From Micropepsaceae bacterium (lineage in GTDB: Bacteria; Pseudomonadota; Alphaproteobacteria; Micropepsales; Micropepsaceae), in the NCBI GenBank assembly GCA_046153995.1, contig JBJXEH010000065.1, positions 1,891 to 65,890 on the forward strand: a DNA stretch of 64,000 nucleotides. The letters are read 5' to 3'. The position numbers and the translations under genes are program-made. Under the pieces are notes generated by a model, which ran no database searches, was not told the origin of the DNA, and saw only the letters and a program-made list of their open reading frames with translations. Every line of letters begins with the position of its first letter. Position 1 is the first letter of the stretch. Below, piece by piece: positions 35,476 to 45,296 of this stretch.

Positions 35476-36017
35476 GCGTCGTGCTTCGGGATCGTCTCTG
35501 CGATCTTGTCGCCCGTAAACGTGGCGACCCAACCCTCGGGTGTCGTGAACAGGCGGATGGCCGCAAAGAGCGGCCGCGGGCCCATGTCGAACCAGTGGCG
35601 CGTGTGCGCGGGCACAGACAGCAGGTCGCCCGCTTCGCAAACGACTTTCAGCACATGCTCGTTGTTGCGCAGATAGAACGCACCGGCGCCTTCGACGAAG
35701 AAGCGGACTTCGTCGTCGGCGTGCGTGTGTTCGGATAAGAACTTGCCGCGCATGGCTTCACGGTCGGGGTGTTCCGGGTGGATGCGCACGACATCGACGG
35801 ACTGGTAGCCGCCGATCATCTTCAGGCGATCTACGTCTTTTGCATAGGCCTCTAACACGGCCTCTTGGCCCGCACCGGGCGCGAGAGGTTTTGTCGCTTC
35901 CCAGCGTTCGAAGCGGACATCGAATGGTATCAACGCTTTACGAATTTCGCGCTCGTCGCTTGTTGCGTCGCGCGGGGTTTTGCCCTTGGTCAGGTCGTAG
36001 ACCGTCATGATCGTCAT
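35472..36017 (-). CDS. mtnD: Acireductone dioxygenase (ARD, cupin)
   Basis: Cupin motifs EHTHADDEVRFFVEGAGAFYL and SVPAHTRHWF. ATG 36017 overlaps the mtnB stop (ATGA). Confidence 0.8.
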   Translation of the reverse strand: MTIMTVYDLTKGKTPRDATSDEREIRKALIPFDVRFERWEATKPLAPGAGQEAVLEAYAKDVDRLKMIGGYQSVDVVRIHPEHPDREAMRGKFLSEHTHADDEVRFFVEGAGAFYLRNNEHVLKVVCEAGDLLSVPAHTRHWFDMGPRPLFAAIRLFTTPEGWVATFTGDKIAETIPKHDA

Positions 36018-36646
36018 GCCGGAACTCCTTTCAGCTTCAACAACAGGGTAAAAAGATAGTCGAAAGCGTCGAGATGGCGAAGGGCCTCCGCCACGTCCTT
36101 TCCCCATACGTAAATGCCGTGTCCTGCAAGCAGGAAGCCCCAGCCGAGGCCGCCGGCCTTCAAGCGGCTCTCTACGCGCGCGGCCAGCGCGTCCATATCC
36201 TGCTCGTTCTCGAAGACCGGCACGTCGAGATGCGTTTCGTGAGTCTTGACGCCCGCGAAGGCCTTCAACAGCTCCAGACCTTCGATGCGCACGTGACCGT
36301 CTTTAGCCAACGCCAGCGAGGCAAGGACGGCGGATTGCGCATGAACATGCGTGACGGCGCCGATCGAAGGCGACAGGCGATACATCAGATAGTGCAACGG
36401 CGCTTCGGCCGACTGGCGCGGATGTACACCGCCTGTGAACGGCGCGCGGATGACGCCGTCTGTCGTGAGCTTCGTCTTGTCGCTGCCGGACGCCGTGATC
36501 GCGCAGTCGGTGCTGTCGATGCGGACCGAGAAGTTGCCGCTCGTCGCTGGGATCCAGTTCTTCGCCCCCGCATGGTGCGCGAGCGCTATCACGCCTGCGA
36601 TCGCGTCGTCAGGCGTGTGCAATTCGCGGGGATCGGCGTTCTTCAT
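36014..36646 (-). CDS. mtnB: Methylthioribulose-1-phosphate dehydratase (class II aldolase/adducin fold)
   Basis: WIPATSGNFSVRI and VTHVHAQSAV motifs. First gene of the overlapping mtnB-D-C set. Confidence 0.75.
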   Translation of the reverse strand: MKNADPRELHTPDDAIAGVIALAHHAGAKNWIPATSGNFSVRIDSTDCAITASGSDKTKLTTDGVIRAPFTGGVHPRQSAEAPLHYLMYRLSPSIGAVTHVHAQSAVLASLALAKDGHVRIEGLELLKAFAGVKTHETHLDVPVFENEQDMDALAARVESRLKAGGLGWGFLLAGHGIYVWGKDVAEALRHLDAFDYLFTLLLKLKGVPA

Positions 36647-36709
36647 CCGCGCTACCTTTCAAGGGCAGTAAATATGGGAACGCACGGGGGAATGTCATCC
36701 CTCAAGCCC

Positions 36710-36743
36710 AAAAAAGAACGGGCGCCGCAGCTTTGCGGCGCCC
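36710..36743 (-). terminator. Rho-independent terminator downstream of the solute-binding protein gene
   Basis: On the - strand: GGGCGCCGCA-AAGC-TGCGGCGCCC followed by GTTCTTTTTT. Confidence 0.75.
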
Positions 36744-36766
36744 GCTCAACAGCGATTCGCGGGCCG

Positions 36767-37876
36767 TTAGCCGCCGCCGCGAATCTCGGTCCAGAACTTC
36801 ACAATCTCGTCCTTGTTCTTGAGGCGAACTTGGAACGTGCCGCCTTCCATGAACGATTTTACGTCGCGGACGAAGCCCATCGTTTTCAGCTGGTCGTCCG
36901 TGTAATCGGCGAACACGCTCATGTTCGCCGGACCGTTGTTCAGCGTCTCAAGCTGGTACTTCATCGCCGCCGGGGAGATGCCGCTATCGATGAGGGCGTA
37001 GGACTTCTCCAGGTTCTTCGCTTCGGCGTGTAGGACCATACCGCAGACATACGTGAACATGCCGCCCGGCGGGTTCATGTAGGCAACCGCCTTCCCTTCG
37101 CGCTTAAGCGCCGCGTGCGTTTGGTTCCACGTGATGGCGGCGACGACTTCACCAGAGGCCAATCCTTGGCTCAGCGAAGTTTCGTCGCTGGAGATGAAGC
37201 GCGCGTTCGCCACAAACTCCCGCAACTTTCCCTGCACCATTTTCCACTGCTCGTCGGTCATGTTGTAGGGATCGACGCCCCAGGTTTTCGCGATAAGCGT
37301 AACCGTATCGTCAACGCCATCGAGACCCGCGACCTTACCCTTGTATTTGGGATCGAAAAGAATCTTCCAGCTTTCCTTGCCGACGTATTCCGGCGCGAGG
37401 TCGGTGCGATAGGTGATCGATGTGTTCGCCCAGTACTGCGGGATGAACCACGCTTCGGTTTCCGACTTCATCATGCCGGGAATGTTCTTCAGGTAGTCTG
37501 GAATGTCTTTCCAGTGCTTCAGCTTCGTCGTGTCGATCGGTTGGATGAGGCCGGCTTCTTGCCAGCGGCCGAACTCGTATGAACACGGAGCCATCACGTC
37601 GGGCTTGTAGCCCGTACGCATCTTCGCGAACGCCTCGTCCTCGTCGGCCCAAATCGCCGTTTGCGGTTCGACGCCATACTTCTCTTTGTACTCTGCAAGG
37701 AACGGCGGATCGGCCCAGTTCTCCCACGTGAAGAGCAGCGGTTCGTCGCTGCCGGCTTCGGGCGTTGGCGTCGTGGCCGCGGTTTCGCCCGCAGGTTTGT
37801 TCGATTGGGTGTAGGCGTAGTAGCCGACGGCGCCGAGCAGGACGATCGCAAGGATCGCAATCAAGGATCTGTTCAT
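36767..37876 (-). CDS. ABC-transporter periplasmic solute-binding protein (PotD/PotF-like, family 1)
   Basis: N-terminal anchor or signal MNRSLIAILAIVLLGAVGYYAY, then about 340 aa with a polyamine-type SBP appearance. No permease or ATPase gene is adjacent. Confidence 0.65.
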   Translation of the reverse strand: MNRSLIAILAIVLLGAVGYYAYTQSNKPAGETAATTPTPEAGSDEPLLFTWENWADPPFLAEYKEKYGVEPQTAIWADEDEAFAKMRTGYKPDVMAPCSYEFGRWQEAGLIQPIDTTKLKHWKDIPDYLKNIPGMMKSETEAWFIPQYWANTSITYRTDLAPEYVGKESWKILFDPKYKGKVAGLDGVDDTVTLIAKTWGVDPYNMTDEQWKMVQGKLREFVANARFISSDETSLSQGLASGEVVAAITWNQTHAALKREGKAVAYMNPPGGMFTYVCGMVLHAEAKNLEKSYALIDSGISPAAMKYQLETLNNGPANMSVFADYTDDQLKTMGFVRDVKSFMEGGTFQVRLKNKDEIVKFWTEIRGGG

Positions 37877-37915
37877 GCGGTTCTTTCCTTAAGGGTACGT
37901 TGCGACTCTGGACAC

Positions 37916-37952
37916 AAAAAAACATGCGGTCCGCCGATTAGCGAACCGCATG
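37916..37952 (-). terminator. Rho-independent terminator downstream of the DPAA-repeat gene
   Basis: On the - strand: CATGCGGT...ACCGCATG stem followed by TTTTTTT (complement of the A-run at 37916-37922). Confidence 0.7.
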
Positions 37953-37988
37953 CCCAATCACGTCAAGCGGATTGTTGTCGCTGCCAGC

Positions 37989-38297
37989 TTATTGCGGCGG
38001 CGGCGTTGCCGGGTCGGCCGGAGGCGCTGCCGGGTCGGCCGGAGGCGCCGCGGGATCAGCCGGAGCTGCTGCCGGGTCGGTCGGGGCTGCCGCCGGATCG
38101 GCCGGAGCCGCTGCCGGGTCAACCGCCGCTGCCGGATCGGTCGCCGCCGGATCGGTCACTGCCGGATCCGTGACTGCACCTTCAACCGCTGCGGGGTCAG
38201 TGCCAGCCGCCGGGGTCATCTTGTTCGTGTAGTACCAATAAGCCGCGACCGCCAGGATGACGACCGCGATAAAGAGGAACAGACCAGTTCTATTCAT
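37989..38297 (-). CDS. Membrane-anchored Asp-Pro-Ala repeat protein (102 aa)
   Basis: ATG preceded by GGAGAG. TM LFLFIAVVILAVAAYWYY, then about 10 DPA(A/V/T)-type repeats up to the stop. Has its own terminator. The antisense ORF 37972..38232 is a mirror artefact. Confidence 0.6.
   Translation of the reverse strand: MNRTGLFLFIAVVILAVAAYWYYTNKMTPAAGTDPAAVEGAVTDPAVTDPAATDPAAAVDPAAAPADPAAAPTDPAAAPADPAAPPADPAAPPADPATPPPQ
37992..38201. repeat. Imperfect tandem repeat (about 15-21 nt units) encoding the DPAA repeats
   Basis: Units of the type GCCGGGTCGGCCGGAGGCGCT / GCCGGATCGGTCGCC repeat head to tail. Confidence 0.7.
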
Positions 38298-38660
38298 TCT
38301 TTCTCTCCGTTTATGGCCGCCATGGGTGGGCCATGAATCCCCGTTTCGCCGTACGACTTTTCAGTGAAGCTGCGTTGCCTGCTTACAAGAAAAAAGGCAG
38401 CCGAGGCCGCCGTCCTTGCAAGTCCCTCACCGCACGCTTTCGCACGACTTGAGCCCGAGATTAACATCGCGCGATCCCCCAACAAGCGCGGCACGGCGGC
38501 ACACCCTTGGGCGTTCTGCCGCAGAACGGCGGCTTGATCCTGGCGGAATCGTTAGGCTTTCGAACAATCGCCGGTTGCTGAGCCCAAACGTCGCGGCCTA
38601 TGCTGCGGTGCACGATCCAAGGGTGGGGCCTTGGTTCGTTGGGGGCGTTGTCGAACCTTC

Positions 38661-39986
38661 ATGAACGTTCATCGAAGCGCACTCTCGGAAGAGATTGGAG
38701 CGTCGCGTTTGGGAGCGGGCGAAGTCACCGCGTTTCTGAGCGAGAACCCAAACGTTCAATATGTCGATTGCGTGTTCGTCGATCTGTGCGGAAACGTCCG
38801 GGGAAAGAGAATCGCGAGCGCGGAACTTGAAAACGTGTTTCGAAGCGGCATCGCGGTTCCGTCATCGATTTATTTTCTGGATGCCCGAGGCGACGTCGTC
38901 GACCGCTTGCCTGAAGGTGCAGGTGGAGCGGGGACAGCTTGGCCGGTTGCCGGGTCGTTGACATGCGTGAGCTGGGCGCAACGGCCGCACGGTCAGGTGC
39001 TGATGTCGCTCTCGGATACAGAAGGTGCCCCTTACTTCGGTGAACCGCGCAATGTGTTGAAGCGGGTTCTGCGGCGGTTCGAGGAGTTCGGCGTCGTTCC
39101 CGCAATCGGTGTTGAAATCGACGCTTACCTCGTCGAACGCGAACGCGGCAAGGACGGCGCACCGCTTGCGTTGACGCCGGCGAACGCCGACGTGGCAAAG
39201 ACCATCTGCGACGGGATTGTGGCGTCGGCTGACGTGCAGAAGTTGCCGCGGATTCTAGTTGCCGGCAGCGTTCCGCGTATGCAGTTCGGAGTTGCGATGG
39301 GGGGCGACGCCCTTGCCGCCGCCGATCATGCGGTGTTCTTGCGCCAGATCGTGCGTGCGGTGGCGCGGAAAGAGAAACGCGACGCGCTATTTATGGCGAG
39401 GCCGCTTCTGGGGCAGCCCGGGTGCGGCCTGCGTGTCACCGTCGATCTCAGGCGCGCTGGCGAGAGCGTGCTCTCGTCCGGCGCGGGAGGCGATCTTGTG
39501 CGGTTTGCCGTTGGCGGGCTTCAGGCGCTGACCGCGGAGTCGTTGGCGATCTTTGCGCCGGGCGTAAACGCCTTTCGTCGCTTCGGCGGCCAGCATGCGC
39601 TGTCCCGGAACAGGCGCTGGGGCTACGGCAATACGACGGCAAACGTGTCAATTGAGGCGCGCGGTGGGCAGATTGCGATCGAGCACAGGCTCGCCGCCGC
39701 GGACGCCAATCCGTATCTCGCGCTGGCAGCCGTTCTGGCCGGGCTTCACTACGGGATCGGGCAGAATATCGATCCGGGTCAGGCCGCCGATAGTGACGTT
39801 TCCGCGTTTGCCGATCCCACATTTCCAGTGAACATCGACGCTGCGCTGCTCGCGCTCGAGAACGGCAGCGTGATGAGGGAGTATTTGGGTCCCGCGTATG
39901 TCGATCTTTATTGCACGACCAAGCGGGCAGAGCTTGAGCGCTTCCGCAACGTAATCCCGGCACACGAGTACGATTGGTACGCCTAA
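38661..39986 (+). CDS. Glutamine-synthetase-family enzyme (gamma-glutamyl-amine ligase-like)
   Basis: GS beta-grasp N-terminus VQYVDCVFVDLCGNVRGKRI. C-terminal NPYLALAAVLAGLHYGI. ATG 38661 preferred over the track start at 38631. Confidence 0.75.
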   Translation: MNVHRSALSEEIGASRLGAGEVTAFLSENPNVQYVDCVFVDLCGNVRGKRIASAELENVFRSGIAVPSSIYFLDARGDVVDRLPEGAGGAGTAWPVAGSLTCVSWAQRPHGQVLMSLSDTEGAPYFGEPRNVLKRVLRRFEEFGVVPAIGVEIDAYLVERERGKDGAPLALTPANADVAKTICDGIVASADVQKLPRILVAGSVPRMQFGVAMGGDALAAADHAVFLRQIVRAVARKEKRDALFMARPLLGQPGCGLRVTVDLRRAGESVLSSGAGGDLVRFAVGGLQALTAESLAIFAPGVNAFRRFGGQHALSRNRRWGYGNTTANVSIEARGGQIAIEHRLAAADANPYLALAAVLAGLHYGIGQNIDPGQAADSDVSAFADPTFPVNIDAALLALENGSVMREYLGPAYVDLYCTTKRAELERFRNVIPAHEYDWYA

Positions 39987-42490
39987 GCTGCGCGAGCCGC
40001 GTTCTCTTCGGCAAACGGCAACGTGAAGGTGGCGCTGGTGCCGATCGCAAGTTCGCTTTCTAAGACAAGCGTGCCGCCGTGCAATTCGACGAGCGCACTA
40101 GAGACCGGAAGACCAAGCCCCATGCCGCCGTTGTTTTGGTGGCCGGCGGTTTCGGCTTTCTCGAACGGCTTCATCACGCGGGGAATGTCGTTTTCCTCGA
40201 TGCCGATGCCAGTGTCGTGAATCCAGATAGCGACGCCATTCGCATCGGCGCGCGTTTCGACCGTAATGAAGCCGTCGGAGCTGTTGAACTTGATCGCGTT
40301 CGATAAGAGGTTCAGCAGAACCTGCTTGATCGCGCGGCGGTCGGCTTTGACGGGCGGCAGGTCCGGCGTGTTGATGCGGAACTGGAGACCCGCTTCGTCG
40401 GCCTTGGGCTTGATCGTCTTGATCGCGTCGTTGACGAGTTGCGACGGGTCGACCGGGACGAACTCAAGTTCGATCTTGCCGGATTCGATCCGCGCCATGC
40501 TGAGCGCATCGTTGATCAGGTCGAGCAGGTGCTGGCCCGAGCGGTTGATGTCGCTTGCGTACTCGGCATAGCGCGGGGGCAGGGCGCCCAGCATCTCGTT
40601 CCGCATGACGTCGGAAAAGCCGATAATGGCGTTCAGCGGCGTGCGCAGTTCGTGGCTGACGTTCGCCAAGAATTCGGACTTTGCGCGACTGCCTTCTTCC
40701 GCACGCTCTTTCTCCGACTCTAGACGCTTTGCCAGTTCGCTAAGTTCGCGAGTTTGGGCTTCGAGAAGATTGCGCGAGGTTTCGAGTTCGTCTTCGTGCG
40801 CCTTAAGCGCCGTAATATCGGTTGCGACGGCGATTTTGCCGCCTTCGAGCGCGCGGCGTTCGCTAACGAGCAGCCAACGGCTACCCGCTTTCTGGAGCTC
40901 GATCGTCCCGGTGTTGCCCGAGGAATCGAACATTTCTAGCGGGACGGCGCTGTCGGCGTCTTCACCGGGAGATTTCGCGCGCTTGAAGATTGCTTCGCGA
41001 GATTCGCCCGCGCGAACGCCTTCAATCCCGTAAAAATCTTGGAAGCGCTTATTGCAGACAATCAGTTGATCATCCTTGTCCCAAAGGACAAATGCTTCAG
41101 CCGCGTTCTCGAATGCCGCTTCGAGCACGCGTTCAACGGCGTCCACACGCGCGTCGGCGCGCTTCTGGTCGGAGATGTCGAGGACGATTCCGGACAAGCG
41201 GCCATCGTCGGAGCGGATGGTACGATAGTGCTGTCCCTTGGCGCGCATCCAGACCCAATGGCCGTCCGCATGTTTAGCCCTGAACGAGCGGTCGTAACCG
41301 TCGGCGCCGGAGCGGACCGAGCTTTCGATGGCGCTCAACACGAAGCGATCGTCGGGGTGGATGAGTTCTTCTGCTTCGTCCAGCGACATGATGCGGGGCT
41401 GCTTGCCCCGGCCAAGCAAGGAATTCATCGCACCTGACCAATAGAGGCGGCGGTTGGCAATGTCCCAGTCCCAGATACCGCATTTTGCGCCACTGACCGC
41501 GAGTTCGAAGCGTTCCTCGGTGCGGCGAAGGACGTTGTCCACCCGCGACGTGCGCTCGATCTGCATGAGTAACGCCCAGGCAAGCGCTGCGCCCAGAAGG
41601 CTCGGCCCAAAGATCATGATCGAGTACAGCGGCAGCGATTGGTACCACTGCGACAGGGCGTCGGCAGCACGTACGACGGTTACAAGTCTAAGGTCGTATC
41701 CCGGAAGCAGTCTGGTCGTCGTCAAATAGTTTGCGCCACCGTCGGCGATGTAACGCAGCGACGGGGTTGTCGATACGTTTGCTGGAATGACGGACGCTGC
41801 TTGCGCGTAAAGAGAGTCGTCAATCGTGGTCGAAGCGATGCGGCGGGTTTGCGCATCGGCCAAGATGACGCCAACGCTGCGGCTGCCCTGAACGCTTTCA
41901 AGGAGGCCCGTGAGATAACGCGGGTCGATTAGCGCGAACACGAACTGTCCGGCGATGCTGTCGCTTCGCATCGCGACCACGAACGGGCTCTTCCCAAACT
42001 CGTCGTCGGCGAGCGTGCCAGAGACGAAGCGGACACTTTCGGGCGTACCCGAGAGTCTGCGCAGCAACGTCATGTCGGTAAGGCGGCGCGGCTCAATCGG
42101 TATCCCGCTCTTGTCCCAAGCAACGTTTCCAAGGGCGTCCGTTGCGACGACGTTGATGAGCGCGGGGTCGGCTGCAACGGCGGCCCCCGGTGCGATGCGC
42201 ACCGAGCGTTCCAGCATCACGCGCGTGCGGTCGAGGGCGCCTGTGACGAGCGCGCCGGTGACGGCAACGAATGAGCGAGACTCGCGCTCAACCTGTTCCA
42301 GCGCGATTGCATGGTCCTTGCGCATTTGAATGGAGGCGGCTGCTGCAACCGAAAGCACGGTTGCAAAGGTCCCCAGCACAATCCAAAGCGACGTACGCCG
42401 TTTCGCCGTCATCCCCGACCATGCGCCTAAGGCGCGTACCGGCGACGAACGGACCGTTGTTGTTGTGGCTATTGCCATTTTTGATCGCAC
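39983..42490 (-). CDS. Sensor histidine kinase (periplasmic sensor, two TM segments, PAS domains, HisKA, HATPase_c)
   Basis: H-box SEFLANVSHELRTPLNAIIGFS. N, G1 and G2 boxes LLNLLSNAIKF, DTGIGI and GGMGLGLPV. PAS-like WDWDI...LYWS. No adjacent response regulator. Start uncertain. Confidence 0.85.
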   Translation of the reverse strand: MRSKMAIATTTTVRSSPVRALGAWSGMTAKRRTSLWIVLGTFATVLSVAAAASIQMRKDHAIALEQVERESRSFVAVTGALVTGALDRTRVMLERSVRIAPGAAVAADPALINVVATDALGNVAWDKSGIPIEPRRLTDMTLLRRLSGTPESVRFVSGTLADDEFGKSPFVVAMRSDSIAGQFVFALIDPRYLTGLLESVQGSRSVGVILADAQTRRIASTTIDDSLYAQAASVIPANVSTTPSLRYIADGGANYLTTTRLLPGYDLRLVTVVRAADALSQWYQSLPLYSIMIFGPSLLGAALAWALLMQIERTSRVDNVLRRTEERFELAVSGAKCGIWDWDIANRRLYWSGAMNSLLGRGKQPRIMSLDEAEELIHPDDRFVLSAIESSVRSGADGYDRSFRAKHADGHWVWMRAKGQHYRTIRSDDGRLSGIVLDISDQKRADARVDAVERVLEAAFENAAEAFVLWDKDDQLIVCNKRFQDFYGIEGVRAGESREAIFKRAKSPGEDADSAVPLEMFDSSGNTGTIELQKAGSRWLLVSERRALEGGKIAVATDITALKAHEDELETSRNLLEAQTRELSELAKRLESEKERAEEGSRAKSEFLANVSHELRTPLNAIIGFSDVMRNEMLGALPPRYAEYASDINRSGQHLLDLINDALSMARIESGKIELEFVPVDPSQLVNDAIKTIKPKADEAGLQFRINTPDLPPVKADRRAIKQVLLNLLSNAIKFNSSDGFITVETRADANGVAIWIHDTGIGIEENDIPRVMKPFEKAETAGHQNNGGMGLGLPVSSALVELHGGTLVLESELAIGTSATFTLPFAEENAARAA

Positions 42491-42596
42491 AGACTCGAAT
42501 CAGGTCCAGGGACCGATTATGTCGGTCGCACCGGGCCTGCAACACCCGGTGCGTGCGATCTGCAACAGGTAAAGACCGAATCGTGGCTTTCGGGAC

Positions 42597-45230
42597 TCAG
42601 CCGAGGGTCTTCTCGGTGATCTCCTGCACGTTGCGGGAAAGGCTCTTTGCATCCTTGATGCGCATCAGCTGTTCGCGCATCAGTTTTTGCCGTTTGCCGT
42701 CGAAGCGGCGCCAGGTTTCGAACGCGCCACAGAGGCGGGCCGCGACCTGCGGGTTCAGCTTGTCGAGCTTCATGATGTTGTCGGCCAGGAATGCATAGCC
42801 AGCACCGTCAGAGGCATGGAAGCGAAGCTGATTATTCATGACAAACGCGCCGATCAAGGCACGGACTCGGTTTGGGTTTTCGATGTTGAAGGCCGCGTGC
42901 TTGGTGAGCGCTTTGACCTGAGCCAGCGCGTCGGGGCGGCAGGAGCTGGCCTGTAAAGCCATCCATTTGTCGGTGACCAAGGGATTGGCCTTCCACTGGT
43001 CGTAAAACTGCTTCAGCGCCTTGTCATGTTCCTCACCCTGCATATCGACCAACGGAGCCATGCCGCCAATTTTGTCGGTCATATTGTCGGCGCCGCGGAA
43101 CTGCTCGAACGCCAGGGTGCGGGTTTCTTTGGTGTCTTCCGCCGTCAGGAAGCGGAGGCACATGTTGCGGAGCGCCCGGCGCCCCGCCGACGTGGCGTCG
43201 GGGCTGAAGGGTTCGTTGCTTTTGAACGATTGGTAGGTTTCGCGAAGGGCGCCGTTGTGGGTTGAGGCCAGCGCTTTCCTGAGGGTTTCGCGCGCGGCAT
43301 GGATGGCATCGGGATCGGCGCCTTCGATCAGCTGCGCGATTTCCATCTCGCTCGGAAGTTGGATCGCAAGCGCCGTGAACGACGGGTCTTTGCGCGCATC
43401 GCGCAGCAGCTCGCCGAACGCGTCGATATAGAGATCGTCGGCCTCCGGCTCTTTTCCTGCGACGACCTGCTTGGTCATACGCAGTAGGGTGCTCGTCGCG
43501 ATGCTTTGACCGGCTTCCCACCGATTGAACGCGTCTGAGTCCTTCGCCATCAGGAACGCGCGGTCTTCGCCTTTCAGGTCCGTCTCGAAGCGGACGGGAG
43601 CCGAGAAGCCCCGGCCAATCGACGGCACCACAGGCTCAGTGATGCCGGTGAGCTTGAACGTCTGTTTTGCCTTTCGAAGATTGAGGACGTGACTGGTCGC
43701 TTTGCCGCCGTCATGCGTAGCCGCGACGTCGCGGCCACTCTTGCGCCCGACGAGGCCGACCGCCACGGGAATGTGCATCGGCTCTTTGGCTTTTTGCCCC
43801 GGCGTTGCGGCCAAATGCTGTTCCAATGTCACCTCGTAGGTTTTTGACGCGGCGTCGTACTTCCCGCGGGCTTTCACATGCGGCGTGCCGGCTTGCGAGT
43901 ACCAAAGTTTGAATTGCGTCAGATCAACGTCGTTCGCGTCTTCCATCGCTTTGGTGAAGTCGTCGCAGGTGGCAGCGGTGCCATCGTGACGGGCGAAGTA
44001 GAGGTCGGAGCCTTTGCGGAAGCCTTCCGTGCCCAAGATCGTGCGCAGCATGCGGCAGAGTTCGGCGCCCTTCTCATAGACGGTCGCCGTATAGAAGTTG
44101 TCGATCGTGAGGTACGAGTCCGGTCGGACGGGATGGGCGAGCGGGCCGCCATCTTCTTGGAATTGCCGAGCGCGCAGGGCGCGTACGTCGCCGATACGTT
44201 CGACGGCAGCGGATCGCATGTCGGCCGAGAACGATTGATCGCGAAAGACAGTGAAGCCTTCTTTGAGCGAGAGTTGGAACCAATCGCGGCATGTCACGCG
44301 GTTGCCGGACCAATTGTGAAAATACTCGTGACCGACGACGGCTTCGATCAGATCGTAGTCGGTGTCCGTCGCGGTGTCGGGCCGGGCCAGGATCAGCTTG
44401 TCGTTGAAGATGTTGAGACCCTTGTTCTCCATGGCGCCGAAATTGAAGGCGCTGACGGCCACGATATTGAAGACATCGAGATCGTACTCGCGGCCGTAAG
44501 CGTCTTCGTCCCATTTCATCGAGCGTTTGAGCGCACCCATCGCGAAGTCGACTTTGTCTTCGTTACCGTGGGTTACGTAGATGCCGAGCTTCACGCGGCG
44601 GCCGGAGCTTGTGATGTAGTGGTCTTCGGCGTGCGCGAGATCGCCTGCGACGAGCGCGAAGAGGTACGACGGCTTCGGAAACGGGTCGTCCCATTCGGCC
44701 ATATGGCGGCCGCCGGGTAGCGCCGTGTAGCCGTCCGGGTTGCCGTTCGAGAGCAGAACCGGGAACCGCGCCTTGTCGGCAATCATGCGCACGCGGTAGG
44801 CCGACATGTTGTCCGGCCGGTCGTACGAATATGTGATGCGGCGAAAGCCTTCGGCCTCGCACTGCGTGCAGAACATGCCGTCGGACATGTAAAGGCCACT
44901 TAGTGCCATATTCGCTTTCGGGTTCATCTCGACAGCAGTATCGAGGCGAAAGCGCGTCGCCGGCGGATGCTTGATCGTGAGCTTGTCGGCAGTGACCTCG
45001 TAAGCGTCTTTTGCCAGCGGCCGCCCGTCGAGCTTGATGTCGAGAAGCTTCAGGTGTTCGCCGTCCAGCACCAGCGGGCCGACAGCGTCGTTCTGGCGCT
45101 CGATGTGTAGCGTCGCGTAAACGCGCGTTGCCGTCTCGTCGAGGTGGAACTCAAGCTCGGTCCGCGCGACGCGATAGGGGGCAGCGCGGTAGTCCTGACG
45201 ACGGATGGGGATCGGCGTTTCGGTTTTCAT
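42597..45230 (-). CDS. pepN: Aminopeptidase N (M1 family)
   Basis: GAMEN motif and HEYFHNWSGNRVTCRDWFQLSLKEG (HExxH-x18-E). 877 aa. Confidence 0.92.
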   Translation of the reverse strand: MKTETPIPIRRQDYRAAPYRVARTELEFHLDETATRVYATLHIERQNDAVGPLVLDGEHLKLLDIKLDGRPLAKDAYEVTADKLTIKHPPATRFRLDTAVEMNPKANMALSGLYMSDGMFCTQCEAEGFRRITYSYDRPDNMSAYRVRMIADKARFPVLLSNGNPDGYTALPGGRHMAEWDDPFPKPSYLFALVAGDLAHAEDHYITSSGRRVKLGIYVTHGNEDKVDFAMGALKRSMKWDEDAYGREYDLDVFNIVAVSAFNFGAMENKGLNIFNDKLILARPDTATDTDYDLIEAVVGHEYFHNWSGNRVTCRDWFQLSLKEGFTVFRDQSFSADMRSAAVERIGDVRALRARQFQEDGGPLAHPVRPDSYLTIDNFYTATVYEKGAELCRMLRTILGTEGFRKGSDLYFARHDGTAATCDDFTKAMEDANDVDLTQFKLWYSQAGTPHVKARGKYDAASKTYEVTLEQHLAATPGQKAKEPMHIPVAVGLVGRKSGRDVAATHDGGKATSHVLNLRKAKQTFKLTGITEPVVPSIGRGFSAPVRFETDLKGEDRAFLMAKDSDAFNRWEAGQSIATSTLLRMTKQVVAGKEPEADDLYIDAFGELLRDARKDPSFTALAIQLPSEMEIAQLIEGADPDAIHAARETLRKALASTHNGALRETYQSFKSNEPFSPDATSAGRRALRNMCLRFLTAEDTKETRTLAFEQFRGADNMTDKIGGMAPLVDMQGEEHDKALKQFYDQWKANPLVTDKWMALQASSCRPDALAQVKALTKHAAFNIENPNRVRALIGAFVMNNQLRFHASDGAGYAFLADNIMKLDKLNPQVAARLCGAFETWRRFDGKRQKLMREQLMRIKDAKSLSRNVQEITEKTLG

Positions 45231-45296
45231 GACGCAAGGGCTCTCACTAAGCGAAGCCTCGCGTTGTAGGCGATTTGGGCTGCGGTGCGGTAGGCC

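Noticed and set aside
36074-37033. 319-aa + strand ORF spanning mtnB and the SBP gene terminator region
   Set aside because: It crosses an intergenic terminator and runs antisense to two well-supported genes, with shadow-frame composition.
37992-38201. Possible CRISPR array (regular short repeats)
   Set aside because: The units are contiguous (no unique spacers), 15-21 nt, degenerate and in-frame coding, and no cas genes are present. It is a coding tandem repeat.
37972-38232. 86-aa + strand ORF encoding GSAGGAAGS repeats
   Set aside because: It is the mirror translation of the DPAA tandem repeat. The - strand has the RBS, the TM anchor and a downstream terminator.
38541-38556. Sigma-54-like promoter TGGCGG-N5-TTAGG upstream of the GS-like gene
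   Set aside because: The essential GC of the -12 element (TTGC) is missing, and no enhancer-binding-protein gene is adjacent. It is probably a chance match.
43878-44720. 280-aa + strand ORF inside pepN
   Set aside because: It runs antisense to the GAMEN/HExxH-bearing aminopeptidase N gene and has no independent support.
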